Shown here one piece after another: positions 47,207 to 56,199 of a DNA stretch of 56,199 nucleotides. The notes under the pieces were generated by a model. It saw only the letters and a program-made list of their open reading frames with translations. It was not told the origin of the DNA and made no database searches. The DNA is from a candidate division FCPU426 bacterium (GTDB lineage Bacteria; Oederibacteriota; JAAXVQ01; JAUVAV01): NCBI GenBank assembly GCA_030637655.1, contig DAOWGI010000082.1, positions 1-56,199 of the forward strand, in the 5' to 3' direction. Every line of letters starts with the position of its first letter. The first letter of the stretch is position 1. Position numbers and translations under genes: made by a program.

Positions 47207-48051
47207 TTTGGTGAGATGGTGAGTAACCGGGAGAGCGTTTGCTTAAGATTTTGCCTATTCACAATCATATCAATCATGCCATGCTCCAGCAGAAATTCAG
47301 AGCGCTGAAACCGTTTGGGCAAATGTTGACGAATAGTCTGTTCAATCACCCGTGGGCCGGCAAACATAATCAACGCCTTAGGCTCAGCCACAATCAGGTC
47401 TCCCAGCATGGCAAAGCTGGCTGTCACACCACCGCCTGTAGGATCGGTTAAAACGGAAATGTACATTTGCTTGGCTGCTGCTAAGCGAGATAAGGCTGCT
47501 GACGTTTTGGCCATCTGCATTAATGAAATAATTCCTTCTTGCATGCGGGCACCCCCACCGGAAGCAGAGACAATGACCACAGGGATCTTTTCCTCAATGG
47601 AGCGTTCTATCAAGCGAGTGACTTCTTCACCCAGCACCGATCCCATGGAACCACCCATAAAGCCAAAATCCGTAATCGCCAGACCGGTTTTAATCCCTCC
47701 AATAGTGCAAATACCAGCCAAAATGGCATCTTCCAGATTGGTCCTTTTCTTACTCTTGGCTAATTTTTCTTTGTATCCTGGAAAATTCAAAGGATCAGCT
47801 GCTGTGATCTTACCGGATGTTTGCTCAATAAATTCACCATTGTCAGCCAATATTGCCAAGCGCCCCTGGGCAGACATCTGAAAATGATGATTACACTTAG
47901 GGCAGGTCCGATCCGCTTTCTCAATCTCGGTATTAAATATAATCTCACTGCAGGACGGACAGCGGGTTACCAGATTATCCGGAATTCCCGGTTTTTTATC
48001 TTTTTTGGCCACTCGAACTGTCATGTATTTGGGTTTTCTAAACCAATCCAT
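47203..48051 (-). CDS. accD: Acetyl-CoA carboxylase carboxyltransferase beta subunit
   Basis: CxxC..CxxC zinc finger, FMGGSMGS, GGARMQEG, PTGGGVTASFA, FQRSEFLLEHGMID. Confidence 0.97.
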   Translation of the reverse strand: MDWFRKPKYMTVRVAKKDKKPGIPDNLVTRCPSCSEIIFNTEIEKADRTCPKCNHHFQMSAQGRLAILADNGEFIEQTSGKITAADPLNFPGYKEKLAKSKKRTNLEDAILAGICTIGGIKTGLAITDFGFMGGSMGSVLGEEVTRLIERSIEEKIPVVIVSASGGGARMQEGIISLMQMAKTSAALSRLAAAKQMYISVLTDPTGGGVTASFAMLGDLIVAEPKALIMFAGPRVIEQTIRQHLPKRFQRSEFLLEHGMIDMIVNRQNLKQTLSRLLTISPK

Positions 48052-48089
48052 AATGCTATTTCCTATCCGTTTTTGTGCTTTTTTTCCTA

Positions 48090-48247
48090 CTAGTGTAGTG
48101 TATTAAATATTTATTTTTTGGCGTCATTCCGGCATGCTTTAAGCCGGAATCCAGGGATTTGTTCTTTAAAAATCTTTTTTTTCTGGACCCCGGCTACAAT
48201 CACGCCGGGGTGACGTCTGTAAAGATGTTACTGTTACACTACACTAG
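48090..48247. mobile_element. MITE-like element, CTAGTGTAGTG TIR family (second copy)
   Basis: TIR ctagtgtagtgta / tacactacactag; core nearly identical to that of 9344..9517. Confidence 0.8.
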
Positions 48248-48324
48248 ACATCCATTCCTGAGCATTTTATGACCACTAATGCGCGGGAATTGAATATTTT
48301 AACAATTTTCTTGAATATTACCAG

Positions 48325-49125
48325 TTATTTTTTCACTGCCTTAGCTATGTTAGCTGCCAATTGTATGAATTTTTTCAAAGCAGCCCGGTTGTTTTCTTTT
48401 CCTGCCAGGGTTTTAACCAAAGCACTTCCCACAATCACTCCATCCGAAACCTTGGCCACCCGGGCAGCCTGCTCTGGTGTGGCAATCCCAAAACCAACCA
48501 GAATTGGTAAGAACGTCATGCTCCTAACCCGGGCAATGCCCTGTTGCAAATGAGCAGGCAATTGCGTCCGGGCACCTGTTGTTCCGGTCACAGACACATA
48601 GTAAATATACCCGGTTGATGCCTGGGCTACTGCAGCCAAACGATCAGGCGTACTATTGGGTGTGGTTAAAAAAACGGTATCCAGATCCTGTTCTCCACAA
48701 GCTTTAATCCAATCCATTGCCTCTTCCGGTGGATAATCGGGAATAATAGTACCATCCACTCCGGCTTGAACAAGCCATTTGGCCATGGCATTCGCATTTT
48801 TTTGTAAAAAGGGATTCAAATATCCCATCAATAAAATCGGCATGTCGGTCTTGGAACGCAGGGTGTGTACCATGTCAATTATCCCGGCTAAAGTGGTATG
48901 CTGTTCCAAGGCACGCTGTGAGGAGGCTTGAATCACTTTACCGTCAGCTAAGGGGTCGGAAAAAGGCACTCCCAATTCAACAGCATCAGCACCTGCCTGA
49001 TCCAATGCCAATACTGCTTGTCGTGTGAAATCCAGACCCCGGTCACCAGCTGTGATAAAAGGAACAAAGAGCTTGCGACCGGCTGTACGCTCTTTTAACA
49101 GACGATTGATTAGACGAATACTCAT
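48325..49125 (-). CDS. trpA: Tryptophan synthase alpha chain
   Basis: [50 protein letters not shown]. Confidence 0.97.
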   Translation of the reverse strand: MSIRLINRLLKERTAGRKLFVPFITAGDRGLDFTRQAVLALDQAGADAVELGVPFSDPLADGKVIQASSQRALEQHTTLAGIIDMVHTLRSKTDMPILLMGYLNPFLQKNANAMAKWLVQAGVDGTIIPDYPPEEAMDWIKACGEQDLDTVFLTTPNSTPDRLAAVAQASTGYIYYVSVTGTTGARTQLPAHLQQGIARVRSMTFLPILVGFGIATPEQAARVAKVSDGVIVGSALVKTLAGKENNRAALKKFIQLAANIAKAVKK

Positions 49126-50294
49126 TGGACATCTCCAGGTTTTAAATCTTTATCCCCCCGACCGGATACATTAATGATAATACTTTTTTTCTTGCCCAGC
49201 TTTTTAGCCAGAAATTTGGCATAGGCCACCGCATGCGCACTCTCGGTAGCAGGAATAATCCCTTCCAGCCTAGCCATCTCTTTTTGCGCAGCCAAGGCTT
49301 GGGTGTCTGTCACAGCTATAAATTCTGCTCGTCCACTATCTTTCAAATAGGACAGTTCCGGACCTACCCCAGGATAATCCAAACCAGCAGCCACCGAATG
49401 GGTGTTAAGTATTTGCCCGTCCGCATCCTGCATCACATAACTGCGGCTGCCATGCAAAACTCCAATGCGGCCGCGGGCCAGGGGCGCGGCATGACGACCG
49501 GTTACCAAGCCTTCACCACCTGCTTCCACACCCAGCAAGCGTACTTTGCGGTCTTTGACAAAGCTGGAAAAAATACCTATAGCATTGCTCCCGCCGCCCA
49601 CGCAGGCGACTATGGCATCCGGTAATCTTCCGGTCTGTTTGAGTATTTGTTGGCGTGCCTCTTGGCCTATCACGGATTGGAAATCACACACCATTTTCGG
49701 ATACGGATCAAAACCAGCTACCGAACCTAACAAGAAATAGGTATTATCCACATTGGTGATCCAGTCGCGAATGGCTTCATTCATAGCATCCTTTAAGGTA
49801 CGCGTACCACTGTCCACAGCATACACTTCTGCTCCCAGCAAACGCATGCGATACACATTCAAAGCCTGGCGCTGCATGTCCTCTGTTCCCATATAGACTC
49901 GGCAAGGAATACCAAAGCGCGCACAGACCGTGGCCGCGGCCACACCATGCTGTCCGGCGCCGGTCTCGGCGATGATCCGTTTTTTACCCATACGTTTGGC
50001 CAGCAGTATCTGACCTAAACAATTATTTAATTTGTGCGATCCGGTATGATTCAGATCCTCACGTTTGAGAAATATTTTCGCCCCGCCCCACGCCTGCGTA
50101 AGACGCGCAGCCGTATCCAGGGGTGTAGGACGACCGGCATAGTTTCTGCGGATCGTATCCAGTTCCTGGCGAAACTTTGGGTCGCGCCGCGCTTGGGCGT
50201 AGGTTTTTTGCAGTTCATGCACAGCCGGCATCAACACTTCCGGTGCAAAACAACCGCCGAATTCTCCGAACCATCCTGGTCGTGTTGCTGACAT
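49122..50294 (-). CDS. trpB: Tryptophan synthase beta chain
   Basis: [51 protein letters not shown]. Confidence 0.98.
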   Translation of the reverse strand: MSATRPGWFGEFGGCFAPEVLMPAVHELQKTYAQARRDPKFRQELDTIRRNYAGRPTPLDTAARLTQAWGGAKIFLKREDLNHTGSHKLNNCLGQILLAKRMGKKRIIAETGAGQHGVAAATVCARFGIPCRVYMGTEDMQRQALNVYRMRLLGAEVYAVDSGTRTLKDAMNEAIRDWITNVDNTYFLLGSVAGFDPYPKMVCDFQSVIGQEARQQILKQTGRLPDAIVACVGGGSNAIGIFSSFVKDRKVRLLGVEAGGEGLVTGRHAAPLARGRIGVLHGSRSYVMQDADGQILNTHSVAAGLDYPGVGPELSYLKDSGRAEFIAVTDTQALAAQKEMARLEGIIPATESAHAVAYAKFLAKKLGKKKSIIINVSGRGDKDLKPGDVQ

Positions 50295-50399
50295 AATTAA
50301 ACTCCTGGTATTAATAACTTTCTGTTAAAAAAATGTATATTATAGATAATATCATGAACAATGCAATAATTAATATATTTTCCTGTACTGCGAATGGCC

Positions 50400-50812
50400 G
50401 ATTGTAACTCATATTGCAACCTGGTCAACTAAATCTACATTTGCTGTGTAAGTTTATGAAACCATTTCGTCGGGTGATTTATAACCCGATATTTTTCTCG
50501 GATAATTATTCTTCCAATCTTATATCTGTCTGTTTTATTTTTGCTTCGGTGAATTTTGGTGCCTGTAAATTGTAACCATAAGTGCAACAGTTATTAATTT
50601 GTCATTGAACCTAATAACAGACGCTGAATCACAATACTGATTTTAAGGTCTTTTTAGGTCGTCATCCCGGCAATCTTTTAGCCGGAATCCAGGACGACTA
50701 CTTACAAACGAAGGATTTACTGGACCCCGGATAAAATCGTTCCGGGGTGACGAACTTTAAAGAAGAAATCTTTTTTACCAAGATCAGGTATGTTGCAATA
50801 TGAGTTACAATC
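50400..50812. mobile_element. MITE-like element (~410 bp) with 21-bp TIRs and a GTCATCCCGG hairpin core
   Basis: gattgtaactcatattgcaac (50400-50420) / gttgcaatatgagttacaatc (50792-50812); core at ~50659-50752 related to the 9344 and 48090 cores. Confidence 0.75.
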
Positions 50813-50843
50813 TGCCCACTATCAATTCCTTCACTCGACTTGT

Positions 50844-50872
50844 TTGACTATGCTACCCTTAAATGGTATAAA
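50844..50872 (+). promoter_or_regulatory. Putative sigma70 promoter of the HEPN-MNT operon
   Basis: TTGACT-17 nt-TATAAA with TG extension. Confidence 0.65.
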
Positions 50873-50909
50873 TTGACGATATGGAATTTAAAAATTACGA
50901 GGAAAACTT

Positions 50910-51308
50910 ATGCCGTTAGACTTGTCTTCATTAAAAAAAGCCTTAGAAAGCCTGGAAAGGGCTTTACGCCGGTCCCAACAAAATAAAGCAGATGAAGAAT
51001 TGCGGGATGCTGCTATTCAGCGTTTTGAATATACCTATGAATTATGCTGGAAGCTGTTGAAAAGGAAAATAGCATCTGACGCAGCTGTACCTGCTGAGAT
51101 TGCTGCCATGAGTTTCAAAGACCTGATCAGGACCGGGGCTGAAAAAGGTTTGCTTACTACTCCGGAAACCTGGTTTAATTATCGTGAAAAAAGAAATATT
51201 ACCACACATATTTATAACCAGGCAAAAGCTAAAGAAGTATATGAAGTTGTAGCTGATTTTTATAAAGACGCGACTGATTTGCTAAAAACACTACAAAAGA
51301 GTAACTAG
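50910..51308 (+). CDS. HI0074-family nucleotidyltransferase substrate-binding/HEPN protein (putative toxin)
   Basis: RDAAIQRFEYTYELCWK, RNITTHIY (RX4HXY). Confidence 0.92.
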   Translation: MPLDLSSLKKALESLERALRRSQQNKADEELRDAAIQRFEYTYELCWKLLKRKIASDAAVPAEIAAMSFKDLIRTGAEKGLLTTPETWFNYREKRNITTHIYNQAKAKEVYEVVADFYKDATDLLKTLQKSN

Positions 51309-51309
51309 C

Positions 51310-51633
51310 GTGATTCACCTTGATCCGCAACACCTGAAACTCATAAAAAACATTCTGTCTCACCATCTACCTGACTATGAAATATGGGCCTTTGGCTCAA
51401 GAGTCCATGGCAGACAATTAAAGCCGTTTTCTGATCTTGACTTGGTTGTTAAAACCGAGTCGCCTTTGGAGTCAAGCATCTTGTTTAATTTGAAGGAAGC
51501 CTTTTCAGAATCCAATTTGCCGATTTTTGTGGATGTGGTGGATTGGGCGGCAATTGACGATCCATTCAAAGATATTATTCTTGCGGACTTCGAGATTATT
51601 CAGTCCAATAAAATAGACTATCAGGTCGAGTAG
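51310..51633 (+). CDS. Minimal nucleotidyltransferase (MNT; putative antitoxin)
   Basis: FGSRVHG..SDLDL (GSX10DXD), SNLPIFVDVVDW; begins 1 bp after the HEPN gene. Confidence 0.92.
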   Translation: MIHLDPQHLKLIKNILSHHLPDYEIWAFGSRVHGRQLKPFSDLDLVVKTESPLESSILFNLKEAFSESNLPIFVDVVDWAAIDDPFKDIILADFEIIQSNKIDYQVE

Positions 51634-51642
51634 ACCGCAGGC

Positions 51643-52293
51643 TTATTTTTCGAGTGGTTTGTGACAAAACCACCAATCATATCCTTCAAATTCCTTCAGC
51701 CTTTTTTGGGCGGTTTGTTCATCTTTAGCCGGCGGAATAATAATACGGTCACCTATCAATTCATTATTGGGCCAGCCTGCCGGCATCGCTCCTTGTTTAT
51801 CTGATATTTGAAGAGCTTTGACTGCTCGAACAATTTCATCCATGTTTCTGCCAACTTCTTGCGGATAGTACATTATCAAACGAACCTTACTCTCCGGATC
51901 AACTACAAATACTGCCCGGACAGTGTTTGTCCCTTTCCCTGGGTGCAACATGCCAAGTTTTAAGGCCACGGAATCATTGGCCGCCACAATCGGAAATTCA
52001 ATCTTAACATCAAGTTTTTCTTTTATCCATTGAACCCATTTGATATGAGAGAATACTTGATCAACTGACATTCCAATTAATTGACAGTTAAGCTCATTAA
52101 ATTTCTCGTACCTCTTTTGAAATGCAACAAATTCTGTTGTGCAAACCGGAGTAAAATCCGCAGGATGACTAAATAGCACAAACCATTTCCCTTTCAGATC
52201 ACCCGGAATATTCATTGGCCCGTGGGTTGTTTGAACCTTCAGTTCTGGAAAGTCATCTCCCAATAATGGCATGTTGATTTTCGTTTCTTCCAT
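51643..52293 (-). CDS. Peroxiredoxin (Prx6 type)
   Basis: [33 protein letters not shown]. Confidence 0.95.
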   Translation of the reverse strand: MEETKINMPLLGDDFPELKVQTTHGPMNIPGDLKGKWFVLFSHPADFTPVCTTEFVAFQKRYEKFNELNCQLIGMSVDQVFSHIKWVQWIKEKLDVKIEFPIVAANDSVALKLGMLHPGKGTNTVRAVFVVDPESKVRLIMYYPQEVGRNMDEIVRAVKALQISDKQGAMPAGWPNNELIGDRIIIPPAKDEQTAQKRLKEFEGYDWWFCHKPLEK

Positions 52294-52468
52294 GTTGTTC
52301 TCCCCTTTTTTGTTGACAGCCCAAAAAATGTTTTCACCTGATAATCTAACAACGGCTGAAATAGTATGTCAACAAAAAAACGACCGGCCGGCTGAATCGC
52401 GTGGCCCCTCCCGTAAGTTCGGATTTGTAAGCTACGTGGTCATATTAAAATTTTCATGCATTTTACTT

Positions 52469-53011
52469 CTATTCCGAATCAACATGATAGGACATAACAA
52501 TAGTGCCGCCCTCCTCCAAAATCCAGAGACGACAGGTATAGCGTGTGGGGGGGAGCTTTCCGCCGGACGGCATATGCGTTTGATAAAATCGTAAGTCTTC
52601 GATCTTTTTACCGATCCCATAACGACTTATATCAACTTCCGGCATATCGAGCAGGCTGGTTGCTTGCTTCCATCCACTTTTCACTGCGGCCTTCATCAGG
52701 CTTCTTTGGGCTGCTGGTAATGTCATCCTGCCGGTTAATCGATGTTTCAGCACTAGATAACCCCAGGCGGAAAAGATGTCGACGTCATGAGAAAAGTCTT
52801 TCAACTCATATTTCGGCAAATCCAGCACAAAAAGAAACGGGGTGTCCAATACAGCCCGCGCCCTATCAGCACGGCCTTTGCCGGATTCCCGGATTAAAAA
52901 AAAGTTGAAAACAATGGCTATTAGAAAAACTACGGCAACAACAGCTATGGTGCTAAGCACCAAGATTTTCAAATATCGCAGCAACCATCTTCTATTATTT
53001 ATCACAGGCAC
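52469..53011 (-). CDS. Hypothetical membrane-anchored protein
   Basis: 180-aa ORF with a single N-terminal TM helix; no family recognised. Confidence 0.6.
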   Translation of the reverse strand: MPVINNRRWLLRYLKILVLSTIAVVAVVFLIAIVFNFFLIRESGKGRADRARAVLDTPFLFVLDLPKYELKDFSHDVDIFSAWGYLVLKHRLTGRMTLPAAQRSLMKAAVKSGWKQATSLLDMPEVDISRYGIGKKIEDLRFYQTHMPSGGKLPPTRYTCRLWILEEGGTIVMSYHVDSE

Positions 53012-53175
53012 CTTTCTTTAAATTCCACCAGACAGCTCTTGCGAAATTTCGTGGCTCACGGACTTAATTTGGTAATATGGGCAGCTAAAAATTAATAATA
53101 CTTAAGTACAAACAACTCCAAGGATAACCGCATTACCAAACTACCTCCCGCAATAATCGTAATACTGCGCTATTT

Positions 53176-56100
53176 TTATTTTGCAATTACAAAGGTGCCG
53201 TTAACAGCTTGGCCTTCAATTTCAATCTGATAAATATAAATTCCTTGTTTAATCTGCTTGTTTTCATTACGGCAATCCCATTCTGCCAAGTATTGATCTC
53301 CAATATTCCGGATACTCAATTCCTTTATAAGCATATTATGCAGATTGAATATTCTCACTTTAATATTCGGCTCTGCTACCTTGGATTTAAAGTAAATGCG
53401 CAGAGTTTGATAATAACGGCCAAAAGGCGTGACGATTTTGGGTTCCAAACGTGTGCCAAAAATCAGTTTATCCGTAAACGGAGGAGTGACCGTAATCGTG
53501 ACAGTTGAAGTCTGGGTAATGGTGGGAGTGACTGTATAGGTAGGCGTAACGGTCGGGGTTCCGAGTGGTTTAATTGTATATGAAGCGCTGGTACCGGCTG
53601 TGGTCTGTGTGCTGGTGCAAGCGCTGAGCGTGTATCCTGTGCCCGGGATTGAAGGATTGCGGATATCGGCATTAGTGGTAAAGACAATAGTATACGCTGT
53701 ACTGGCATTGAGGTTGATCGGGGTGGTAAGGGTTACGGTCTGGCCTGAGCCGTTGGCAGTGCTGACATTGTTTCCATCGACAGTGATGTCTCCGGCAGAG
53801 TAACTGCCAGGCACATTGGTGCCAACTGGAAAGGTAACGGAAATGGTACTAGTGCCGGCGACCAGCACGCCGTCCAAACTGGTGGTAATATCAAAGCTGT
53901 ATTCTCCAATATTTAATATTTTGTTTGGTACCACCGTTACCGCACCCACGCTCAAGGGTAAGGTTGAGGTGGAAATAGCGTAAGGCGGGCTGGTGCCGGC
54001 TGTGGTTTGGGCCGTGGTGGAAGCGCTAAGCGTGTATCCAGCACCCGGGATTGCAGGATTGCGGATATCAGCATTAATGGTAAAGATAATAGTATACGCT
54101 GTACTGGCATTGAGATTGATCGGGGTGGTGAGTGTAACCACCTGACCTGCGCCGCTGGCAGTGCTGACATCAGTTCCCTCCACAGTGATGTCTCCTAAGG
54201 CATACGCACCCGGCACATTGCTGCCGCCAGGAAAAGTGACCACGATCTGGTCGGAACCGGCAGTCAAAGCGCCGTCTGCTGAGGTTGTGATTTGGAAAAA
54301 GTATTGCCCGATATTACTAACTGTATTAGGCGAAACAGTGACCGTGTTGACCGAGAGAGCGGTGGAGGATGCTGAAATTGTGTAATTAGGACTAGTGCCT
54401 GAGGTTGGTTGAACGGTGGTTGAGGCGTTCAAGGTGTACGTGGTTCCAGCTGTTGCGGGATTGATAATATCTGCTGCTGTGGTAAAGATAATGGTATGGG
54501 CTGTGCTGGCATTAAGCGCGATCGGGCTGGTGATGCTCACCATTTGTCCCGCGCCGTTGGCAGTAGCAACTGATGAGCCATTGACAGTAATGTCTCCGGC
54601 GACATAGGAAGCAGGAACATTAGTGCCAACTGGAAACGTGACATAAATGGCCTCGCCTGCCAAGAGCGCGCCGTCTGAACTGGTAATAACACCAAAGCTG
54701 TATTCTCCAATATTGGATATTGTGTTGGGCGTCACAGTTACCACGCCGACAGTCAAGGCCGTGGATGAGGTGGCGATGGTGTAGGTCGGGCTGGTGCCGG
54801 CTGTAGGTTGGGCTGTGCTGGAAGCGCTGAGTGTGTATCCTGCACCCGGGGGTGATGGATTGCGGATATCAGCATTGGTAGTAAAGATAATAGTATACGC
54901 TGTACTGGCATTGAGGTTGATCGGGGTTGTCAGAGTAACCACCTGGCCTGCGCCGGTAGCAGTGCTGACATTGTTTCCACCCACAGTGATATCCCCAGAG
55001 GCATACGCAGCCGGCACATTGGTGCCACCAGGGAAAGTGACCACGATCTGGCCGGAACCTGCGACCAGCGCACCGTCCGAACTGGTGGTAATATCAAAGC
55101 TGTATTCTCCTATATTGGATATTGTGTTGGGCGTCACAGTTACCACGCCGACACTCAAGGCCGAGGCTGAGGTAGAGATGGTGTAATTTGGGCTGGTGCC
55201 GGCTGTAGTTTGTGTGCTGGTGGAAGCGCTCAGGGTATAAGCACCAGTGGAGAGCGGATTGCGGATATCGGCTGCTGTGGTAAAGATAATGGTATAGGCC
55301 GTGCCGGCATTAAGTGTGATGGGTGTTGTAACGGTGACGGTTTGGCCTGCACCGTTGGCAATGGTTACGTTCGTACCATTGACCGTAATGTCACCGGAAG
55401 CGTATGCAACCGGCACATTGGTGCCATTTGGAAACGTTACAGAGACTGTGCCAGATCCGCTGATCACCGTTCCATCAACAGCGGTGGTGATGGAAAAAGT
55501 ATATTGGCCGTTATTGCCAATGGTATTAGGCGAGACAGTGACTGCGCCTACCGTAAGCTGAGTACCGGAAGCAGAGATGGTGTAATTAGGGCTGGTGCCG
55601 GCCGGTTGGGCCGCGGTGGAAGCGCTGAGCGTGTATCCTGCACCTGTGGTTGAAGGATTGCGGATATCCGCATTAGTAGTAAAAATAATAGTATACGCTG
55701 TACTGGCATTGAGGTTGATCGGGGTGGTAAAGGTGACAATCTGACCTGCACCGTTGGCAGTGCTGACATTGTTTCCATCGACAGTGATGTCTCCGGAGGC
55801 ATACGTAACCGGCACATTGGTGTCACTAGGGAAAGTGACCACAATCTGGCCGGAACCTGCGACCAAAGCGCCGTCTGCTGAGGTTGTGATTTGGAAAGAG
55901 TATTGCCCGATATTACTAACTGTATTGGGAGAAATAGTGACTGTACCGACCAAGAGAGCGGTGGAGGATGCTGAAATTGTATAATTAGGGCTGGTGCCTG
56001 AGACAGGTTGAACCGTGGTTGAGGCGTTCAAGGTGTACGTGGTTGCAGCAGTTGCGGGATTGCGAATGTCTGCTGCTGTGGTAAAGATAATGGTATAGGC

Positions 56101-56199
56101 TGTGCCCGCATTAAGTGCGATCGGGGTGGTGATACTTACCATTTGACCAGAACCGCCGGCAGTAACAACTGATGAGCCATTGACAGTGATATCTCCGGC
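53176..56199 (-). CDS. Large surface protein with ~133-aa Thr/Ser/Gly-rich beta repeats, a Thr/Pro linker and an FlgD/T9SS-like C-terminal domain (5' end outside the window)
   Basis: Frame continues to the window edge; repeated V..VTV.PNT.SNIG.Y.F..TTS.DGAL..VTFP..NVP..GDITV..IRNP..YTL units; C-terminus IFNLHNMLIKEL..WDCRNE..GIYIYQI. Confidence 0.9.
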   Translation of the reverse strand, partial: AGDITVNGSSVVTAGGSGQMVSITTPIALNAGTAYTIIFTTAADIRNPATAATTYTLNASTTVQPVSGTSPNYTISASSTALLVGTVTISPNTVSNIGQYSFQITTSADGALVAGSGQIVVTFPSDTNVPVTYASGDITVDGNNVSTANGAGQIVTFTTPINLNASTAYTIIFTTNADIRNPSTTGAGYTLSASTAAQPAGTSPNYTISASGTQLTVGAVTVSPNTIGNNGQYTFSITTAVDGTVISGSGTVSVTFPNGTNVPVAYASGDITVNGTNVTIANGAGQTVTVTTPITLNAGTAYTIIFTTAADIRNPLSTGAYTLSASTSTQTTAGTSPNYTISTSASALSVGVVTVTPNTISNIGEYSFDITTSSDGALVAGSGQIVVTFPGGTNVPAAYASGDITVGGNNVSTATGAGQVVTLTTPINLNASTAYTIIFTTNADIRNPSPPGAGYTLSASSTAQPTAGTSPTYTIATSSTALTVGVVTVTPNTISNIGEYSFGVITSSDGALLAGEAIYVTFPVGTNVPASYVAGDITVNGSSVATANGAGQMVSITSPIALNASTAHTIIFTTAADIINPATAGTTYTLNASTTVQPTSGTSPNYTISASSTALSVNTVTVSPNTVSNIGQYFFQITTSADGALTAGSDQIVVTFPGGSNVPGAYALGDITVEGTDVSTASGAGQVVTLTTPINLNASTAYTIIFTINADIRNPAIPGAGYTLSASTTAQTTAGTSPPYAISTSTLPLSVGAVTVVPNKILNIGEYSFDITTSLDGVLVAGTSTISVTFPVGTNVPGSYSAGDITVDGNNVSTANGSGQTVTLTTPINLNASTAYTIVFTTNADIRNPSIPGTGYTLSACTSTQTTAGTSASYTIKPLGTPTVTPTYTVTPTITQTSTVTITVTPPFTDKLIFGTRLEPKIVTPFGRYYQTLRIYFKSKVAEPNIKVRIFNLHNMLIKELSIRNIGDQYLAEWDCRNENKQIKQGIYIYQIEIEGQAVNGTFVIAK
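53570..56199 (-). repeat. Intragenic ~400-bp tandem repeats, at least 6 copies
   Basis: Near-identical DNA blocks such as atagtatacgctgtactggcattga recur at ~53690, 54090, 54890 and 55690. Confidence 0.9.

Noticed and set aside
50295-50400. trp attenuator or leader peptide upstream of trpB
   Set aside because: No Trp-codon leader ORF or terminator/antiterminator pair was seen; the region is AT-rich and then MITE-derived.
53065-53143. Short inverted repeat taatttggtaat / attaccaaacta as a mini-MITE
   Set aside because: Only 12 bp with a mismatch, AT-rich, single copy and no target duplication.
369-55984. Numerous 60-200 aa ORFs nested in or antisense to the main genes
   Set aside because: They are shadow ORFs of well-supported genes, with no recognisable motifs.
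53570-56199. Diversity-generating retroelement TR/VR pair among the near-identical repeats
   Set aside because: All copies are in frame within one ORF, differences are not obviously adenine-specific, and no reverse transcriptase is present.

Overview
A bacterial chromosomal window, almost entirely minus-strand, from a diderm organism. The lineage cannot be assigned from this window, but the PorV-like barrel, C-terminal sorting-domain proteins, Thr/Pro linkers and giant DLHCNYE-motif proteins resemble uncultured lineages near Elusimicrobiota/Omnitrophota/FCPU426. The right half is mostly housekeeping biosynthesis (trpBA, accD, folC, lysA, dapF, dapA, dapB, folK, deoxynucleoside kinase, panBCD, nadA, nadX), plus a HEPN/MNT toxin-antitoxin pair, a peroxiredoxin and a truncated repeat-rich surface protein. 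The left half carries mnmA, nfo, two phenylacetate-CoA-ligase-family genes, a C45 peptidase, a TonB-dependent receptor and T9SS-like genes. The best candidate for a novel system is a pair of paralogous giant proteins (3002 and 1831 aa). They share an N-terminal ~460-aa domain, an FxMAG junction and a degenerate C-terminus, carry CPBP/Abi-protease-like membrane modules, and hold different central cargoes: a SidJ-like pseudokinase/glutamylase in one and an unrecognised ~75-aa repeat array in the other. Also notable: dapB is tightly bracketed by 112-bp inverted repeats and lacks an ATG start, a group II intron 3' remnant is present, and several MITE families mix different terminal repeats with shared hairpin cores. 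All family calls come from motif recognition by eye; no searches were run.
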